Part shown: piece after piece, positions 47,515-57,120 of the stretch
How the letters are laid out: every line of letters starts with the position of its first letter
How positions within the stretch are numbered: position 1 is the stretch's first letter
From: Alphaproteobacteria bacterium
GTDB taxonomy: Bacteria; Pseudomonadota; Alphaproteobacteria; GCA-2731375
Length of the DNA: 64,000 nucleotides
Direction of reading: 5' to 3'
NCBI GenBank assembly: GCA_965232515.1
Contig: CBDDPY010000002.1
Location: 7,232,001-7,296,000 of the forward strand
Made by a program: the position numbers and the translations under genes
Notes under the pieces: model-generated
Database searches by the model: none
What the model was told of the DNA's origin: nothing
Seen by the model: only the letters and a program-made list of their open reading frames with translations

Positions 47515-49329
47515 ATGACTTCAATTCGACGAACCCGATGGCTCACTGTTGCAGTCGGGTTGGCGTTGGCCATCGGCATGCGAGCGCAGGCGGCGACCGA
47601 TGCCTGGATCGGCGATCTGACGCCGATCTCCGCCGGCGACTGGAGCGACGACGCGGCGGCGCACCTCCTGGAGCGCGCCGGCTTCGGCGGCACGCCGAAA
47701 GAGATCCAGGCATTCGCCCGGCTGACGCCCGTCCAGGCGGTCGATCGTCTGGTGAACTTCGCCGCCGTCGAGAACGACCATCTGCCGCCGTTCGAACATT
47801 CCGGCGTGCACGATCCCGGTCTCGAGCCGTTCCCACCCAGCCGGCCGGCGACGACGCGGCTTGCGCGCGAGACCGGCGAGGCGCTGGGCGTGAAAGTGAA
47901 GCCGTCGGGCAACCGCCGCCTGCAGCCCGTCGTCAACCGCTTCTTCTATTGGCTGCGCGCCAGCCACCTCGAGACCAACCGGGTCGCCTATTGGTGGGCG
48001 AACCGCATGCTGGCGACGCACCGGCCGCTGCAGGAGAAGATGGCGCTGTTCTGGCACGGCCATTTCGCCGTCAGCGAAACCAAGGTGCGCGACTATCGCA
48101 AGATGCTGCGGCAGCTCGAGCTGTTCCATCGTCTCGGCGCCGGCAACTTCCGCGATCTGATGATCGGCGTCGCTCAGGACCCGGGAATGCTGTCGTTCCT
48201 CGACGCCGGCGTGAACATCAAGGGCTCGCCGAACGAGAACTTCGCCCGCGAGATCATGGAGCTGTTCACCATGGGCGTCGGCAACTACGCCGAAGCCGAC
48301 ATCCGCGAGGCGGCGCGCGCCTTCACCGGCTGGAATTATGCCGATCTCGATTTCATCGTGAACGACGACCAGCACGATCGCGGCGACAAGGTCTTCCTGG
48401 GCGAGACCGGCGACTTCGACGGCGTCGAGATCATCGACATCATCCTGCGCCAGCCGGTGACGGCCGATTATCTCGCCGGCAAGATCTATCGATACTTCGT
48501 GCGCGAAGACCTGTCGCCGGAACTGCAAGCCAAGCTCGGCGACGTGCTGCGGGACAACGGCTACGAGATCGCGCCGCTGCTGCGCACGATATTCCTGTCG
48601 CGCGATTTCCACAGCCCGGCCTCGGTGGCGAGCCACATCAAGAGCCCGGTCGAGCTGTTGATCTCCACCTACCGCAAGCTGGAGCTCGACGTGGTGCCGG
48701 GCGTGCCGGACTTCAACGAGGCCACGGCGGCGCTCGGTCAGCATCTGTTGCGGCCGCCGACCGTCGCTGGTTGGGCCCAGGGCCGAAGCTGGATCACGCC
48801 GGGGTTGCTGCTGGCGCGCGGCAATACGGCCTACGCCATCCTGTTTCCCGACATCAACTTCGTGCCGCACGACCGCTATCCGCGCGACCCGCTGATCCGG
48901 GCGGTGTCCGACAAGATCGCCCGCGGTTACGACATCAGCACCGCCACCAAGCCGGACACCGGCGGCGAGATGGCGATGTCGAACGTGATGGCGGACCGGG
49001 ACGAAGACTTCAATACGCGCTATGGCAGCTACAAGGGCTGGCAGATGGCGGTACAGAAAGTGATCCCGATCGCGCGGCACACCGCTGATGTCGATCTGCG
49101 TGGCATGGTGCTGACGGCCGAGTTGCAAACGACGACAGAGGTGGTCAATGCGTTCCTGCGGCGCTTCCTGCGGGCGCCGGTCGAGCCGGCGGCGCGCGAT
49201 GCCATGATCGCGTTCCTGGATGACGAGCTCGGCACGTCCGATATCGTCGCGGCGGAGAGCTATCTGGAAGAACCGCTGCGCAAGCTGCTGCACCTGATCA
49301 TGAGCACGCCCGAGTACCAGTTGGGCTAG
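47515..49329 (+). CDS. DUF1800 family protein
   Basis: AAHLLERAGFG, LQEKMALFWHGHF, PNENFAREIMELFTMG, EAARAFTGW, KSPVE, PPTVAGW and PEYQL. Confidence 0.9.
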   Translation: MTSIRRTRWLTVAVGLALAIGMRAQAATDAWIGDLTPISAGDWSDDAAAHLLERAGFGGTPKEIQAFARLTPVQAVDRLVNFAAVENDHLPPFEHSGVHDPGLEPFPPSRPATTRLARETGEALGVKVKPSGNRRLQPVVNRFFYWLRASHLETNRVAYWWANRMLATHRPLQEKMALFWHGHFAVSETKVRDYRKMLRQLELFHRLGAGNFRDLMIGVAQDPGMLSFLDAGVNIKGSPNENFAREIMELFTMGVGNYAEADIREAARAFTGWNYADLDFIVNDDQHDRGDKVFLGETGDFDGVEIIDIILRQPVTADYLAGKIYRYFVREDLSPELQAKLGDVLRDNGYEIAPLLRTIFLSRDFHSPASVASHIKSPVELLISTYRKLELDVVPGVPDFNEATAALGQHLLRPPTVAGWAQGRSWITPGLLLARGNTAYAILFPDINFVPHDRYPRDPLIRAVSDKIARGYDISTATKPDTGGEMAMSNVMADRDEDFNTRYGSYKGWQMAVQKVIPIARHTADVDLRGMVLTAELQTTTEVVNAFLRRFLRAPVEPAARDAMIAFLDDELGTSDIVAAESYLEEPLRKLLHLIMSTPEYQLG

Positions 49330-49355
49330 GGTGAGAAGAGAGGCGGAGAACAGGC

Positions 49356-50561
49356 ATGACCGACAACAGGTTCGGGCGCCGACAGATCCTGAAAGCTGGT
49401 GGGGCGGGCGCCCTCGTGGCGCTGTGTCCGCCGGCAATCGCGCAAGCTCTGGCCGCCGTCGCGCATCCCAATCGCATCCTTGTCGTGCTGGAGCTATCGG
49501 GCGGCAACGACGGCCTGAACACGCTGGTGCCGTACGGCGACGACGTCTACTACCGGCACCGGCCGACGATCGGCATCAAGGCGCAGCATCTGAGAAAGAT
49601 CGACGATCATTTCGGCTTCAGCGAGGGCATGGCCGGCTTCGAGCGGCTCTATAGGGACGGCCGGATGGCGGTCGTGCACGGCTGCGGCTACGCCGGTCCG
49701 TCGTTCTCGCACTTTACATCGATGGCCTATTGGCACACGGCGGCGCCCAACAGCGGCGCGGCGCACGGCTGGATCGGGCGGCTCGCCGATGCCATGCAAC
49801 CCGACGCGGCGCCGAACTTCATCGTCAACGTCGACGCGGTCGAGTCGCTGGCGGTGCGCAGCCGGCTGCATACGCCCGTCGTGTTCGACGAGCCGGACGC
49901 CTTTGCCCGCGACGGTTTTTTCGCCGAGCGCGATGTCTTCAACCGGCTGGTCGGCGACGCCAAGACCGGCAATGCCGGCCAACGCTATCTCCGCGCCGTT
50001 GCGCAAAGCGCGCGCGATGCCTCGCTCTTGGTGCGTGAGGCCTGGGCAGATTACCGTTCGCCGGTCGACTACGGTCTGGTGCCGGTCGACCTGCCGAAGA
50101 TCGCCGCGCTGATCGCGGCCGACCTGCCGACGCGGCTCTACTACACCTCGTTCCGCAACAACGCCTTCGACACGCATGTGCATCAGCCGAACCTGCACGC
50201 GCGACTGCTGACCTATGCATCCGATGCCGTTGCCGGCTTCATGCAGGACATGGAACGCATCGGCCGGGCCGACGATGTGGTCATGCTGGTGTTTTCCGAG
50301 TTCGGGCGGCGGGTGCCGGAGAACACCAATCTCGGCACCGATCACGGCACGGCCAACCTGATGTTCGTCGTCGGCAAGCCGGTGAAGGGCGGCCATTACG
50401 GCACGCCGTCCAGCCTGACCGAGCTCGACGACGGCGACAACCTGATCTTCACGACCGACTTCCGGCGGGTCTACGCCAGCGTGATCGAAGGCTGGCTCGG
50501 CTATCCCGACGCCGCCGATATCCTGAACGGCCGCTTCGACACGCTGCCCATGTTCGCGTGA
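49356..50561 (+). CDS. DUF1501 family protein, Tat signal
   Basis: GRRQILK, LVVLELSGGNDGLNT-VPY, SHF, GWIGR, FDTH, FSEFGRR--EN--GTDHG and DFRRVYA. Confidence 0.9.
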   Translation: MTDNRFGRRQILKAGGAGALVALCPPAIAQALAAVAHPNRILVVLELSGGNDGLNTLVPYGDDVYYRHRPTIGIKAQHLRKIDDHFGFSEGMAGFERLYRDGRMAVVHGCGYAGPSFSHFTSMAYWHTAAPNSGAAHGWIGRLADAMQPDAAPNFIVNVDAVESLAVRSRLHTPVVFDEPDAFARDGFFAERDVFNRLVGDAKTGNAGQRYLRAVAQSARDASLLVREAWADYRSPVDYGLVPVDLPKIAALIAADLPTRLYYTSFRNNAFDTHVHQPNLHARLLTYASDAVAGFMQDMERIGRADDVVMLVFSEFGRRVPENTNLGTDHGTANLMFVVGKPVKGGHYGTPSSLTELDDGDNLIFTTDFRRVYASVIEGWLGYPDAADILNGRFDTLPMFA

Positions 50562-50971
50562 TGCGGCGGGCGTTCGCCGGCCTGGTAGGGTTGACGCTGG
50601 CGGGACTGCCGTCCGCGTTTGCCGGCGATAAGACCATTCAGGGCGTGATCTCCGTCCGGCAGGATCTGGCGAGGCATCTCGGGCCGGACCATCGCCTCGC
50701 CATCAAAATCTACCATCCCGGCGACGGCATCGAGCTCGACACCAAGTACCAGATCCTGCCGACCTTCAAGCTACCGCTCGAATTTCGGATCGGGCCCGCC
50801 ATCGACATGAGCGGCCGGACCAAATGGTCGGCTTATGTGGTCGAGGTGTTCACGGACACCGACGGCGACCTGCTGTCGGTCGGTCCGGGTGAATTGCTGG
50901 CGAGAACGGCGGAACCGGTACCCCTGGGCACGGTCGACCTCGGGATCGAACTGAATACCTTGCGCGACTGA
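50558..50971 (+). CDS. Exported protein resembling the stand-alone C-terminal domain of CcmI/CycH
   Basis: Signal peptide; pattern G-ISV---LA, LPLEFRI--A-DM, V---DTDGD---PGEL. Similarity judged by eye. Confidence 0.55.
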   Translation: MMRRAFAGLVGLTLAGLPSAFAGDKTIQGVISVRQDLARHLGPDHRLAIKIYHPGDGIELDTKYQILPTFKLPLEFRIGPAIDMSGRTKWSAYVVEVFTDTDGDLLSVGPGELLARTAEPVPLGTVDLGIELNTLRD

Positions 50972-50977
50972 CGGGCG

Positions 50978-52339
50978 TCAGACGCCGGATGTCGGGCGGC
51001 TGTAGGTGCAGGCGGCGCCGAAATCCGGACCGTCGACATCGATGAAGCCGTAAGCAACGGCCTCGGGATCGCGGGCCGGCTGGGCCCGGCGCAGAAGAGC
51101 CGCTTTCAACTGCGGCGCCCACCAGTTGGGATGTTTCGCCAGCAGGCAGGCGGCCAGCGCCGTGATCCGCGCCGTCGCGTAGCTCGACCCCGAAGCCCGG
51201 TCGATCCGGCCGAAGAAATCGATAACCGGAATGTTCTCGCCCGGCGTCATCACGTCGACGATGCCGGCGCCCCAGTTGGCGGCGCTGGCCAGCGCGCCAT
51301 CGGCGGTGGCCGAGGTGACCGTCACCATGTTGTCGAGCGGCAACGCGGCCGGATAGACCGGATTGCGGCGGATATCGCGGCCGTCGTTGCCGGCGGCGAC
51401 GATGAACAGCATCTCCGGGTGCTGCCGGGCGATGCGATAGAACGGCAACCATTCCTCGCGGTCGTCGCTGACCAGCGAAAGGTTGACCAGGCGCACGCCG
51501 TTCGTCGCGGCGTCCTGGATCAGCGCCCCCATGCGACGCATGTCGGGACGGGGATAGCGGTAAGGCAACAGCCGCACGACCGGCGCTTCGGCCAGCAGCA
51601 CGCTCGCCGTCTTGGTGCCGTGCCGGGCCGGGAAGAAGGCCGAACGCACGGGGTGCGCGTCGAACGGCCGTTCGTCCAGGTCCCAGTAATCGTAACCCAG
51701 CACCCGGTTGTCGGCGCCGCGCGCCAGGCGGCGGCGGATCTGCGGCAGCAGATAGTTGATCCCGGTATCGACCAGCGCGACGGGCACGCCGCCCGGATCG
51801 CGGCCTACAGGCACCGGCGGGTTCAGCGCCTCGCGCGCGCCCGTCGGCTCCAGTCCATTGTCGAGGTCCTCGATCCAGCCGGGGTTTCCGTCGTCGTCGT
51901 AGTGCAGCCGCCGGGCGGTTTCGATGTGGCAGTCCGCATCCGTCATGGCGAGCAGGGTCGGCCGGTCGCCGTCGGCGCTGTTGTATTGCGCGCTGACCCG
52001 GCGAAGCTGACCGTTTGCCGCCAGCCGTTCGACCGTCAGGGTGCCGCCGGGAACCTGGAAGCGACGCCGCCAGCCCATCATGCTCATGCGGACCTGCCGG
52101 CCCATGGGCCGGGCGTTCGGCAGGCGCCGCGACATGGCCTGCAATTGCGCGTGCGTGCGGACGTTGCAGGCCAGGCTGACGGCGGCGCGCAGCAGCGACG
52201 CCGCTTCGATATTGGCCTGCGCGGGATGGCTGGTGATCGTCATGGCGACGACCAGACCGGCGGCGAATGGCAGGATGTTCGATTTAAGCTTCAAAATGCG
52301 ACACGTTTCCGCGCGGTGCGCATGATCTGCTGGCGACAA
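50978..52339 (-). CDS. S8 (subtilisin-like) serine peptidase with unknown N-terminal domain
   Basis: VDTG (Asp), HGT (His), AAGNDG oxyanion Asn, YPAA and SGSSYATA (Ser). Start uncertain. Confidence 0.8.
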   Translation of the reverse strand: MSPADHAHRAETCRILKLKSNILPFAAGLVVAMTITSHPAQANIEAASLLRAAVSLACNVRTHAQLQAMSRRLPNARPMGRQVRMSMMGWRRRFQVPGGTLTVERLAANGQLRRVSAQYNSADGDRPTLLAMTDADCHIETARRLHYDDDGNPGWIEDLDNGLEPTGAREALNPPVPVGRDPGGVPVALVDTGINYLLPQIRRRLARGADNRVLGYDYWDLDERPFDAHPVRSAFFPARHGTKTASVLLAEAPVVRLLPYRYPRPDMRRMGALIQDAATNGVRLVNLSLVSDDREEWLPFYRIARQHPEMLFIVAAGNDGRDIRRNPVYPAALPLDNMVTVTSATADGALASAANWGAGIVDVMTPGENIPVIDFFGRIDRASGSSYATARITALAACLLAKHPNWWAPQLKAALLRRAQPARDPEAVAYGFIDVDGPDFGAACTYSRPTSGV

Positions 52340-52364
52340 TGCCGCCGATCATTGCCGCCGATGG

Positions 52365-53198
52365 TTACCAAATCCTTTCCACCCGCGCATCCCGCATCCG
52401 GGCGTTCCGCCATTGCTGACGCTGGTTCCGGGCCGCCCGCGCCCGCTGACGCAGGATTTCGACCATGCGTTCGGCGTCTTCCGGGCTGATTTCCTGCGGC
52501 GTGGCGGCCTGTTGCGTCTGGACGTTGTTCTCGGTCTTGATGCTGTTGTTCGGCGCCTGCGAGGCTTCGCGGCCGGATGTGTCCTGCTGCTCGTCCTGTT
52601 CCGCGCCCGATTCGGCCGGGCGGTTGTACTGCGCTTCCTGATTGAAAGCCTGACCGATATTGGACGATGTCTTCTGATTGCGGGCGCGCGGGTTGGCCTG
52701 TGGCTGGACCTGCTGTCGCTCGATCTCGCGCAAGAGGCGCAGCGACATCTCGAGATTGTAGCGGGTGTCGGCGCGCTCGGGATCGAGCGCCAGGCTGCCG
52801 CGGTAGTAGGCCATTGCCGCGCGCGCCGGCGTCAATGCGTCCTGCAGCGTGTTCAACGCTTCCAGCGCTTGCTGATACTTCGCATTGCCGAGGTTGTAGC
52901 GCAACCGCGCCTCCAGCTCGGGCCCGGCCGTTTGCAGCGCCTTTTCATAGTGTGTCAGCGCCTCGGCATAGAGTTGACGCTGGTAATAGGCATCGCCCAG
53001 ATCGAAATGGATGGTGGCGTCATCCGGCTGCAATCGCAGCGCCGCTGCGTATTTCTCGGTCGCGGTCGCATAGTCGCCGGCCGCATAAAACGCGTTGCCC
53101 GCCGCGACCAGGTCATCGGCGGTCTCGTTGTTGGCGGCCAGAGCCGGGTTTGCCGCCAGCATCAGCAGCAATGAGAATGCATGGAGCCGAGATGTCAT
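52365..53198 (-). CDS. TPR protein, BatC-like
   Basis: Signal peptide, GNAFY / DLGDAYY / YNLGNAKY / YNLE TPRs, Q/N-rich linker and PEDAERMVE...W C-terminus. ATG 53198. Confidence 0.8.
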   Translation of the reverse strand: MTSRLHAFSLLLMLAANPALAANNETADDLVAAGNAFYAAGDYATATEKYAAALRLQPDDATIHFDLGDAYYQRQLYAEALTHYEKALQTAGPELEARLRYNLGNAKYQQALEALNTLQDALTPARAAMAYYRGSLALDPERADTRYNLEMSLRLLREIERQQVQPQANPRARNQKTSSNIGQAFNQEAQYNRPAESGAEQDEQQDTSGREASQAPNNSIKTENNVQTQQAATPQEISPEDAERMVEILRQRARAARNQRQQWRNARMRDARVERIW

Positions 53199-54217
53199 GG
53201 CTGGGCCTCTCGTCGGCCGCCGGCAGGCAGCAGCATGTCGGCGGCCAGCAGCAGGAGCGCGGCCAGCACGAACCATTGATAGCGGGCGATCGGCTGCTCG
53301 GAGCTGGCGGCGTCGATGCGCCGGCGCGGCTTCTGGGCGATCTGCGTTCGGTAAAGCTTGGCGAGCGATCCCGTCTCGCCGCCGGCGGCCACATAGGCGC
53401 CGTCCGTCAGCTGCGTCAGATTGCGCAACATGTCTTCCTGCAGGCGCGATGTGACGACCGCATCCTGGTGCTGCAGCAAGCGCCTTTCGCCATCGTCGTC
53501 CGAGATCGGAATCGTGGCGCCGTCGACCGGATCTCCGATACCGACCGCGTAGATGCTGACGCCGCCGGCGGCCGCGGCCTTGGCCGCTTCCGTCGGCAGG
53601 GTGTCGTGGTCCTCGCCGTCGGTGACCAGGATGACGTCGGTGAAACCTTCGGCCGGCGCGCCGAAGCCGTGCAGGCTTTGCCGTAGCGCGGCGCCGATGG
53701 CCGTGCCCTGAAGCGTCACGGTGCCGGTGCCGACCAGGTCGAGCCGTTCGCGGAAGAAGTCGTAGTCGAGCGTCAGCGGGCAATGCAGGCTGGCGCGGCC
53801 GGCAAAGGCGATCAGGCCGAGCCGGTGGCCGCCGTCTTCTGAGACGGCCATGACCAGCTCATCGACCAGCGCTTTCGCGCGTTCGAGGCGGTTCGGCGCG
53901 GCATCCTCGGCCAGCATGCTCAGTGAGACATCGAACACGACCAGCAGATCGCGTCCCTCCCGCGGCACGTCCTCGACGCCGCGCCCCCACTGCGGCTGCG
54001 TCAACGCGATGACGAGGAAGGCGACTGCCGCCAGCAGACAAGCCGCCTTCAACCATTGCCGCCGCCGATTCAGATCGACGACCAGACGCGCGGCCAGCGG
54101 CCTGCCGACGAGCGTTGCCAGCGCCGCGTGTTTGCGGCGAAAACCGTAGGCGTAGAGCGCCAGCAGCGCCGGCACGACGGCCAGCAGATAGATGAAATGA
54201 AAGGCCTCGAACTGCAT
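53195..54217 (-). CDS. vWA-domain membrane protein, BatB-like
   Basis: ALTQPQWG, DVSLSMLAED-APNRLERAK, CPLT-D, QGTAIG, TDGEDH and TDGAY. Confidence 0.88.
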   Translation of the reverse strand: MQFEAFHFIYLLAVVPALLALYAYGFRRKHAALATLVGRPLAARLVVDLNRRRQWLKAACLLAAVAFLVIALTQPQWGRGVEDVPREGRDLLVVFDVSLSMLAEDAAPNRLERAKALVDELVMAVSEDGGHRLGLIAFAGRASLHCPLTLDYDFFRERLDLVGTGTVTLQGTAIGAALRQSLHGFGAPAEGFTDVILVTDGEDHDTLPTEAAKAAAAGGVSIYAVGIGDPVDGATIPISDDDGERRLLQHQDAVVTSRLQEDMLRNLTQLTDGAYVAAGGETGSLAKLYRTQIAQKPRRRIDAASSEQPIARYQWFVLAALLLLAADMLLPAGGRREAQP

Positions 54218-54227
54218 GCCGTCGTAC

Positions 54228-55250
54228 CTATGGGACCGTTCTGAGACGCGTGTTGACCAGCGCGATCTCGAACAGCAGCAGGCCGAAGGCCGCCAGGACG
54301 AACACGGGAAAGCCCTCGACGTAACGCTGATAGTGATCGGCGACGTTGCGGGCCTTTTCCAGGCGGTCGATCTCGGCGTAGATCGCCCGCAGGGCGGCGC
54401 CGTCGGTGGCGCGGAAATAGCGGCCGCCGGTCAGCTCGGCGATCTGCGTCAGCGTATGCTCGTCGATATAGACCTGGGTCTGGCGCAACTCGGTGCCGCC
54501 GCCGCGGGCGCGCACCGGCATCAGCGCGGTGCCGCGACTGCCGGCGCCAATGGTGTAGAGCTTGATGCCGAGCGCCTGGGCAATCTGGGCGGCCTGCAAT
54601 GGCGCGGTGTCGCCGGCGTTGTTGCTGCCGTCGGTCAGCAGGATCAAAACCCGGCTCGACCCCGCGGCCCGGCGCAGCCGCTCGACGCCCATGACGATGG
54701 CGTCGCCGATCGCGGTGCCGTCCTCTTCCGGCAGCGGCACGATCGTGACCCGGTCGACCTGCGACAGCAGCGCCGTGTGATCGAGCGTGAGCGGGCTGAG
54801 CCCGTCGGCAAACCTAGCAAACGTCAGCAGCCCGATCAGGTCGCCGCCGCGGCCGGTCAGCGCATCGGCGTCGCCCTCGACGAAGTCGACGAAGGTCCGC
54901 TTCACCACTTCGAGCCGGTCGGTCTGGCGATTGTCCATGGTCAGGTCCAGCGCGCCCATGCTGCTGGAGATATCGACCGCCATGACGATGGCGATGCCCT
55001 CGGCGTGGACCTCGGTGGTTTCGAGTCCCCATTGCGGCCGCGCCAGCGCGATGACGCAGAGCGACAGCGCCAGCGCCCTGAACCAGGGCAGGCCGGCATG
55101 CAGCAGCGCCGTCGGCGTGCGCGCCAATTGCCGGAGGTCGCCCGTCGCCGAATAGCCGAGCGCCGCCGGCCGACGCCGGCGCGCGTGCAGATACAGCAGC
55201 ACCGGCACCAGCAGGAGCAACAGCAGCGCCCAGGGCTCGGCCAGTCTCAT
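54228..55250 (-). CDS. vWA-domain membrane protein, BatA-like
   Basis: ALARPQ, DISSSM-A-D, PLTLDH, DGTAIGDAI, LTDGSNNAG, TGGRYFRA and IY-EID-LE. ATG 55250. Confidence 0.9.
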   Translation of the reverse strand: MRLAEPWALLLLLLVPVLLYLHARRRRPAALGYSATGDLRQLARTPTALLHAGLPWFRALALSLCVIALARPQWGLETTEVHAEGIAIVMAVDISSSMGALDLTMDNRQTDRLEVVKRTFVDFVEGDADALTGRGGDLIGLLTFARFADGLSPLTLDHTALLSQVDRVTIVPLPEEDGTAIGDAIVMGVERLRRAAGSSRVLILLTDGSNNAGDTAPLQAAQIAQALGIKLYTIGAGSRGTALMPVRARGGGTELRQTQVYIDEHTLTQIAELTGGRYFRATDGAALRAIYAEIDRLEKARNVADHYQRYVEGFPVFVLAAFGLLLFEIALVNTRLRTVP

Positions 55251-56206
55251 GGCGTTTCCGGTTGCATTGATGGCTGGACGGTCACGTTCCGATCCGCCGT
55301 CGCTTCGACGAACGCCATCACCTCGCCGAGTGCGTGTCGCATATCCGGGCCTTGGGGCCGGTGCCGGCCGAACTTCACCCGATCGAAGTCCCGCAGCAGG
55401 ATGCCGATCCGCTCGGACCGTTGCGCCAGCGTCTCGCCGGCATGGCTCATGGCGGCGAGAGTCTCGTCGGTTGTCCGCCTTGGCGCCTCGAGGCCGAAAC
55501 GCCAGAGCACGTAGCGCCGGAGGATATCCGACAAGCGCACATAGAAGCGGTCGACCTGCGCCTGGTCGTTCGGATCCAGCGCGCGCAGCGCCGCGAGCGC
55601 CAGCTCGTGCGCCGGCTGCGCCTGCTGCCGCGGCGTCCACCGTCGGCGCCAGAACCACAGGCCGGTCAGCGCCAACAGCAAAGCGGCGCCGGCCAGCCAC
55701 CAGACCGGCGACAGCCGCATCGGTGTCGTCAGGGCGACGGGCGGCGCGACGTCACGCAGCGCGGTGATGGCGGCATCGGCCGGCACGAGCGTGATCACGT
55801 TCACTGGCACGGCCGTCGTCCGCAGCTCGCGCTGCCGCAGGCCGGCATCGCCTACCGTCTGCTGCACAACGGCGGTCAGCGGCGGGATCACCACTTCGCC
55901 CGCCTGTCGCGGCGCCAGCACATAGGCCTGCCGCCAAAGCTGCCGGCCGTCGTCCGTGGCGATGGGGGACGGCCGGTTCTCCGTGACGACCGAGAAGTGT
56001 TCCAGTTCGGCCGCGACATCTGGAAACGCGACCAGCGCCGCCGCCGGGGCCATGACGGTCAGCGTCATGCGCAGACGCTCGGCGACGCCCAGCTCCTGCC
56101 GGTCGACGGACACGGTCAATTCGGCGTCCTGCGCCCAAACGACGGCCGGCCATATGAGCAGTAGAATGAGCCACAGCATCGACAAGGTTCCGCGACGACC
56201 GGTCAT
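55247..56206 (-). CDS. Bat-operon membrane protein (BatD-like Ig domain plus DUF4381-like region)
   Basis: Signal peptide, SVDR-E--V-E--R-TLTV, LRDV-PP, TM helix, LSDILRRY, RTT-E and D-VKF. ATG 56206. Confidence 0.7.
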   Translation of the reverse strand: MTGRRGTLSMLWLILLLIWPAVVWAQDAELTVSVDRQELGVAERLRMTLTVMAPAAALVAFPDVAAELEHFSVVTENRPSPIATDDGRQLWRQAYVLAPRQAGEVVIPPLTAVVQQTVGDAGLRQRELRTTAVPVNVITLVPADAAITALRDVAPPVALTTPMRLSPVWWLAGAALLLALTGLWFWRRRWTPRQQAQPAHELALAALRALDPNDQAQVDRFYVRLSDILRRYVLWRFGLEAPRRTTDETLAAMSHAGETLAQRSERIGILLRDFDRVKFGRHRPQGPDMRHALGEVMAFVEATADRNVTVQPSMQPETP

Positions 56207-56214
56207 GACGGCGC

Positions 56215-57102
56215 CTACCGGCCTTCCCGCAGGCGCCGCTCGCGCTGATGGAAGAACTGCATCAGCGGGTGGATGTAAGGGGTATCGGTGCGCACATCGA
56301 TCATGTCGAGGCCCAGCGAGCGGAAGAAATGCCGCCGCTGCATGGCCGTGGCGCGCCGGCGTTCGGCATAGCGGCGGCGAACGGCGGCGCTGCCGGTGTC
56401 GAGCAGCACATCGGCGCCGGTCTCCAGATCCCGCAAGGTCACCAGGCCGGCATTCGGCAGCTCCCATTCCCGCGGATCGCTGATGCAGATCGGAATGACG
56501 TCATGGCGCTGACGCGCGATCCTGAGCGGTCGCTCGTAGTCTGATGTCAAAAAGTCCGAGATCAGAAAGCTGACCGACCGGCGTTTGCTGACCATGTCGA
56601 GATATTCCAGCGCCAGCCCGGCGTCGGTGCCGGTGTGCTGCGGCTCGAAATAGAGCAGCTCGCGGATCAGCCGCAGCGCGCGGTTCCGCCCTTTGCGCGG
56701 CGGCACGAATTTCTCGATCCGATCGGTGAACAGGATCAGCCCGACCTTGTCGTTATTGGCGATCGCGCTGAGCGCCAGCAGCGCGCAGAGTTCGACGGCG
56801 ACCTCATTCTTCGCCCGCTCTGCGCTGCCGAACCGCCCGGATGCGCTGAGATCGACCAGCAGCATGACGGTCAGCTCGCGTTCCTCGACATGCTTCTTCA
56901 CGAACGGCTGGCCCAGGCGCGCGGTCACGTTCCAGTCGATCGTGCGCACGTCGTCGCCGGGGCTGTACTCGCGGACCTCGGCGAATTCGATGCCGCGGCC
57001 CTTGAAGACGCTGTGGTACTCGCCGGCGAACATCCCGTCGACCAGGCGGCGCGTGCGGATATGGATCTGGCGGACCTGCTTGAAGACATCTGCCGGAAGC
57101 AT
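56215..57102 (-). CDS. DUF58 family (vWA-associated) protein
   Basis: GEYHSVFKGRGIEFAEVREY-PGDDVR-IDWNVTAR, EEREL, DLSAS and ISDF. Confidence 0.93.
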   Translation of the reverse strand: MLPADVFKQVRQIHIRTRRLVDGMFAGEYHSVFKGRGIEFAEVREYSPGDDVRTIDWNVTARLGQPFVKKHVEERELTVMLLVDLSASGRFGSAERAKNEVAVELCALLALSAIANNDKVGLILFTDRIEKFVPPRKGRNRALRLIRELLYFEPQHTGTDAGLALEYLDMVSKRRSVSFLISDFLTSDYERPLRIARQRHDVIPICISDPREWELPNAGLVTLRDLETGADVLLDTGSAAVRRRYAERRRATAMQRRHFFRSLGLDMIDVRTDTPYIHPLMQFFHQRERRLREGR

Positions 57103-57120
57103 GGCCGGGCGCGCCTCCGG

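Noticed and set aside
50978-52339. Subtilase as the missing PqqF-type processing protease
   Set aside because: It appears to be exported, whereas PqqA processing is cytoplasmic. There is no supporting evidence.
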